Shown here: positions 30,871-32,000 of the stretch, in pieces
How positions within the stretch are numbered: the stretch's first letter is position 1
Layout of the letters: every line of letters begins with the position of its first letter
Assembly: GCA_018334095.1 (NCBI GenBank)
Contig: JAGXTE010000001.1
Coordinates: 1 to 32,000, forward strand
DNA length: 32,000 nt
Direction of reading: 5' to 3'
DNA from: Nitrosarchaeum sp.
GTDB lineage: Archaea; Thermoproteota; Nitrososphaeria; Nitrososphaerales; Nitrosopumilaceae
Translations under genes and position numbers: made by a program
The notes under the pieces: model-generated
What the model saw: the letters and a program-made list of their open reading frames with translations, nothing else
What the model was told of the DNA's origin: nothing
Databases searched by the model: none

Positions 30871-30950
30871 TCACTTTTGAGATAGTTTGCTAAAGTATAA
30901 AAAAACAGGTAAACAAATTTCACATTTTCATAAATTTAAAATGATTCCGA

Positions 30951-31763
30951 TCAGAGTTTTATTTTAAATCCAGATTTTTGGCTTGCAAGCATAATACTCA
31001 TGGTAGCAACTGCAAGTATCACAATTGACATGACTCCAAATTCGGGCACGATAGACGTTCCAATTATTGTAAGCAGTTTTGCATCATTTGGCAATACAAC
31101 AGTTACAGTAGAGATGTCATTTTCATTTGTCTCATCAAAGTCGGTGATCTTTTTTCCATCAATAAAAATTACAAACGGACCGTCAATTAGATCAGATGGC
31201 AATTTAATTTTCAGTGTTCCATCGTCGGATTTAGCATTTCCAACTATCTCAAACGTGATTGATTTTTGGCCCTCATCAATTGTGCTCACAGCAAGAAGTC
31301 TATCAGAAAGATATTCCACGTTAAAGGTTGTAGTGCCATCACCTATTGTCTTTCCAACTTGATTGATTGTTTTTGTTCCATCTGTAACAAAGACGGTTCC
31401 AACCATCCAAGGGTGAATTAGGCAATAGTACGGGAATTGACCAGTTTGGGTAAAAGTAAATTTGTATGATTGCCCAGGAGAGATAAAATTTGAACCGCCA
31501 AAAATACCATCAGGTCCATCCTCGACAGTTCCCGATGTAATGGTATGTTTTGCAGTATCTGCGTTTTGCCATACAACAGTATCACCAACAGAGATATCAA
31601 TGTCACCAGATGCTAATCCAGATTTTTCATTTTGCCAAAAATATGGAGCGTCAGGACTTGCAGAGCCAGTCGGCATGTTGATGTCATAACTTGTCGCAAA
31701 AGCTACACTACTAAAGGATACAGAAGATATTATTAAAACAAAGATCAAAAAAAGAATATTCAT
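30951..31763 (-). CDS. Blue (type-1) copper cupredoxin with PEFG-type C-terminal sorting signal
   Basis: Signal peptide MNILFLIFVLIISSVSFSSVAFA. Candidate copper ligands are H (AKHTITSG) and C-x2-H-x2-M (YYCLIHPWM, amicyanin-like). The C-terminus is PEFG + TM helix + basic tail (30954-31046). The start is set at ATG 31763 (CTTTAA ends 22 nt upstream) rather than 31817. Confidence 0.8.
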   Translation of the reverse strand: MNILFLIFVLIISSVSFSSVAFATSYDINMPTGSASPDAPYFWQNEKSGLASGDIDISVGDTVVWQNADTAKHTITSGTVEDGPDGIFGGSNFISPGQSYKFTFTQTGQFPYYCLIHPWMVGTVFVTDGTKTINQVGKTIGDGTTTFNVEYLSDRLLAVSTIDEGQKSITFEIVGNAKSDDGTLKIKLPSDLIDGPFVIFIDGKKITDFDETNENDISTVTVVLPNDAKLLTIIGTSIVPEFGVMSIVILAVATMSIMLASQKSGFKIKL

Positions 31764-31879
31764 ACTAGACAAAAGTTGTTTTAAGTTAAAGAGATTACGG
31801 TGTATAAAATCAATCACATTTTTTCAATTTGAAATAAAAAATATCGATATTTATTAGATTGAATAAGGTTTAAAATTTA

Positions 31880-32000
31880 ATGAAAAGCGGAACAATAATC
31901 ATTATTGCTGGTGGAGTTATGATTTTGTTTGGGCTGATATTGTTTTATGGAATGCAAGGGGTAACATCCGCAGATCCTGATGAGAAAAAATTCTTTTCTG
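31880..32000 (+). CDS. Partial ORF (N-terminus; runs off the window end): membrane protein
   Basis: ATG at 31880, then MKSGTIIIIAGGVMILFGLILFYGMQG..., one TM helix. Confidence 0.3.
   Translation, partial: MKSGTIIIIAGGVMILFGLILFYGMQGVTSADPDEKKFFS

Noticed and set aside
13500-32000. Calling the accessory region a mobile genomic island or prophage
   Set aside because: I found no integrase, transposase, tRNA target, flanking direct repeats or phage structural genes. The base composition looks similar to the housekeeping part by eye.

Overview
AT-rich archaeal sequence, most consistent with a marine ammonia-oxidising thaumarchaeon (Nitrosopumilus-like). The taxonomic call is an inference from gene content: a split purS/purQ/purL + purF operon, archaeal purP, tatC/tatA, ubiX, and an amicyanin-like cupredoxin ending in a PEFG-type C-terminal sorting signal. 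Positions 1.6-13.3 kb are mostly housekeeping genes. The rest (0.25-1.6 kb and 13.5-32 kb) is an accessory region dominated by signal-peptide proteins and small ORFs. Several of these proteins carry domains unexpected in Archaea. (1) A Sec-signal-bearing orphan homologue of the T6SS tube protein Hcp. (2) A three-gene secreted operon encoding a Kunitz/BPTI-domain protein, a C-terminally anchored OB/TIMP-like protein and a staphylococcal-nuclease/Excalibur protein. (3) A matrixin-like metzincin (HEMGHALGLGH). (4) A collagen-like plus thrombospondin-type-3-like calcium-repeat protein. (5) A BNR/Asp-box propeller. (6) A stand-alone RelA/SpoT-type HD hydrolase. A 37-aa C-terminal module is duplicated at the ends of two otherwise unrelated secreted proteins. 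A near-identical promoter cassette (TAAATCCTTAAGTT) sits at fixed spacing, 23-24 nt before the start codon, upstream of five genes. More generally, TATA-like octamers lie 21-25 nt before many start codons, many of them TTG or GTG. This implies leaderless transcripts and allowed me to revise several starts and to call three ORFs shorter than 60 aa. I saw no rRNA, tRNA, CRISPR array, transposase or integrase. All family assignments come from motif recognition by eye and need HMM or structure confirmation.
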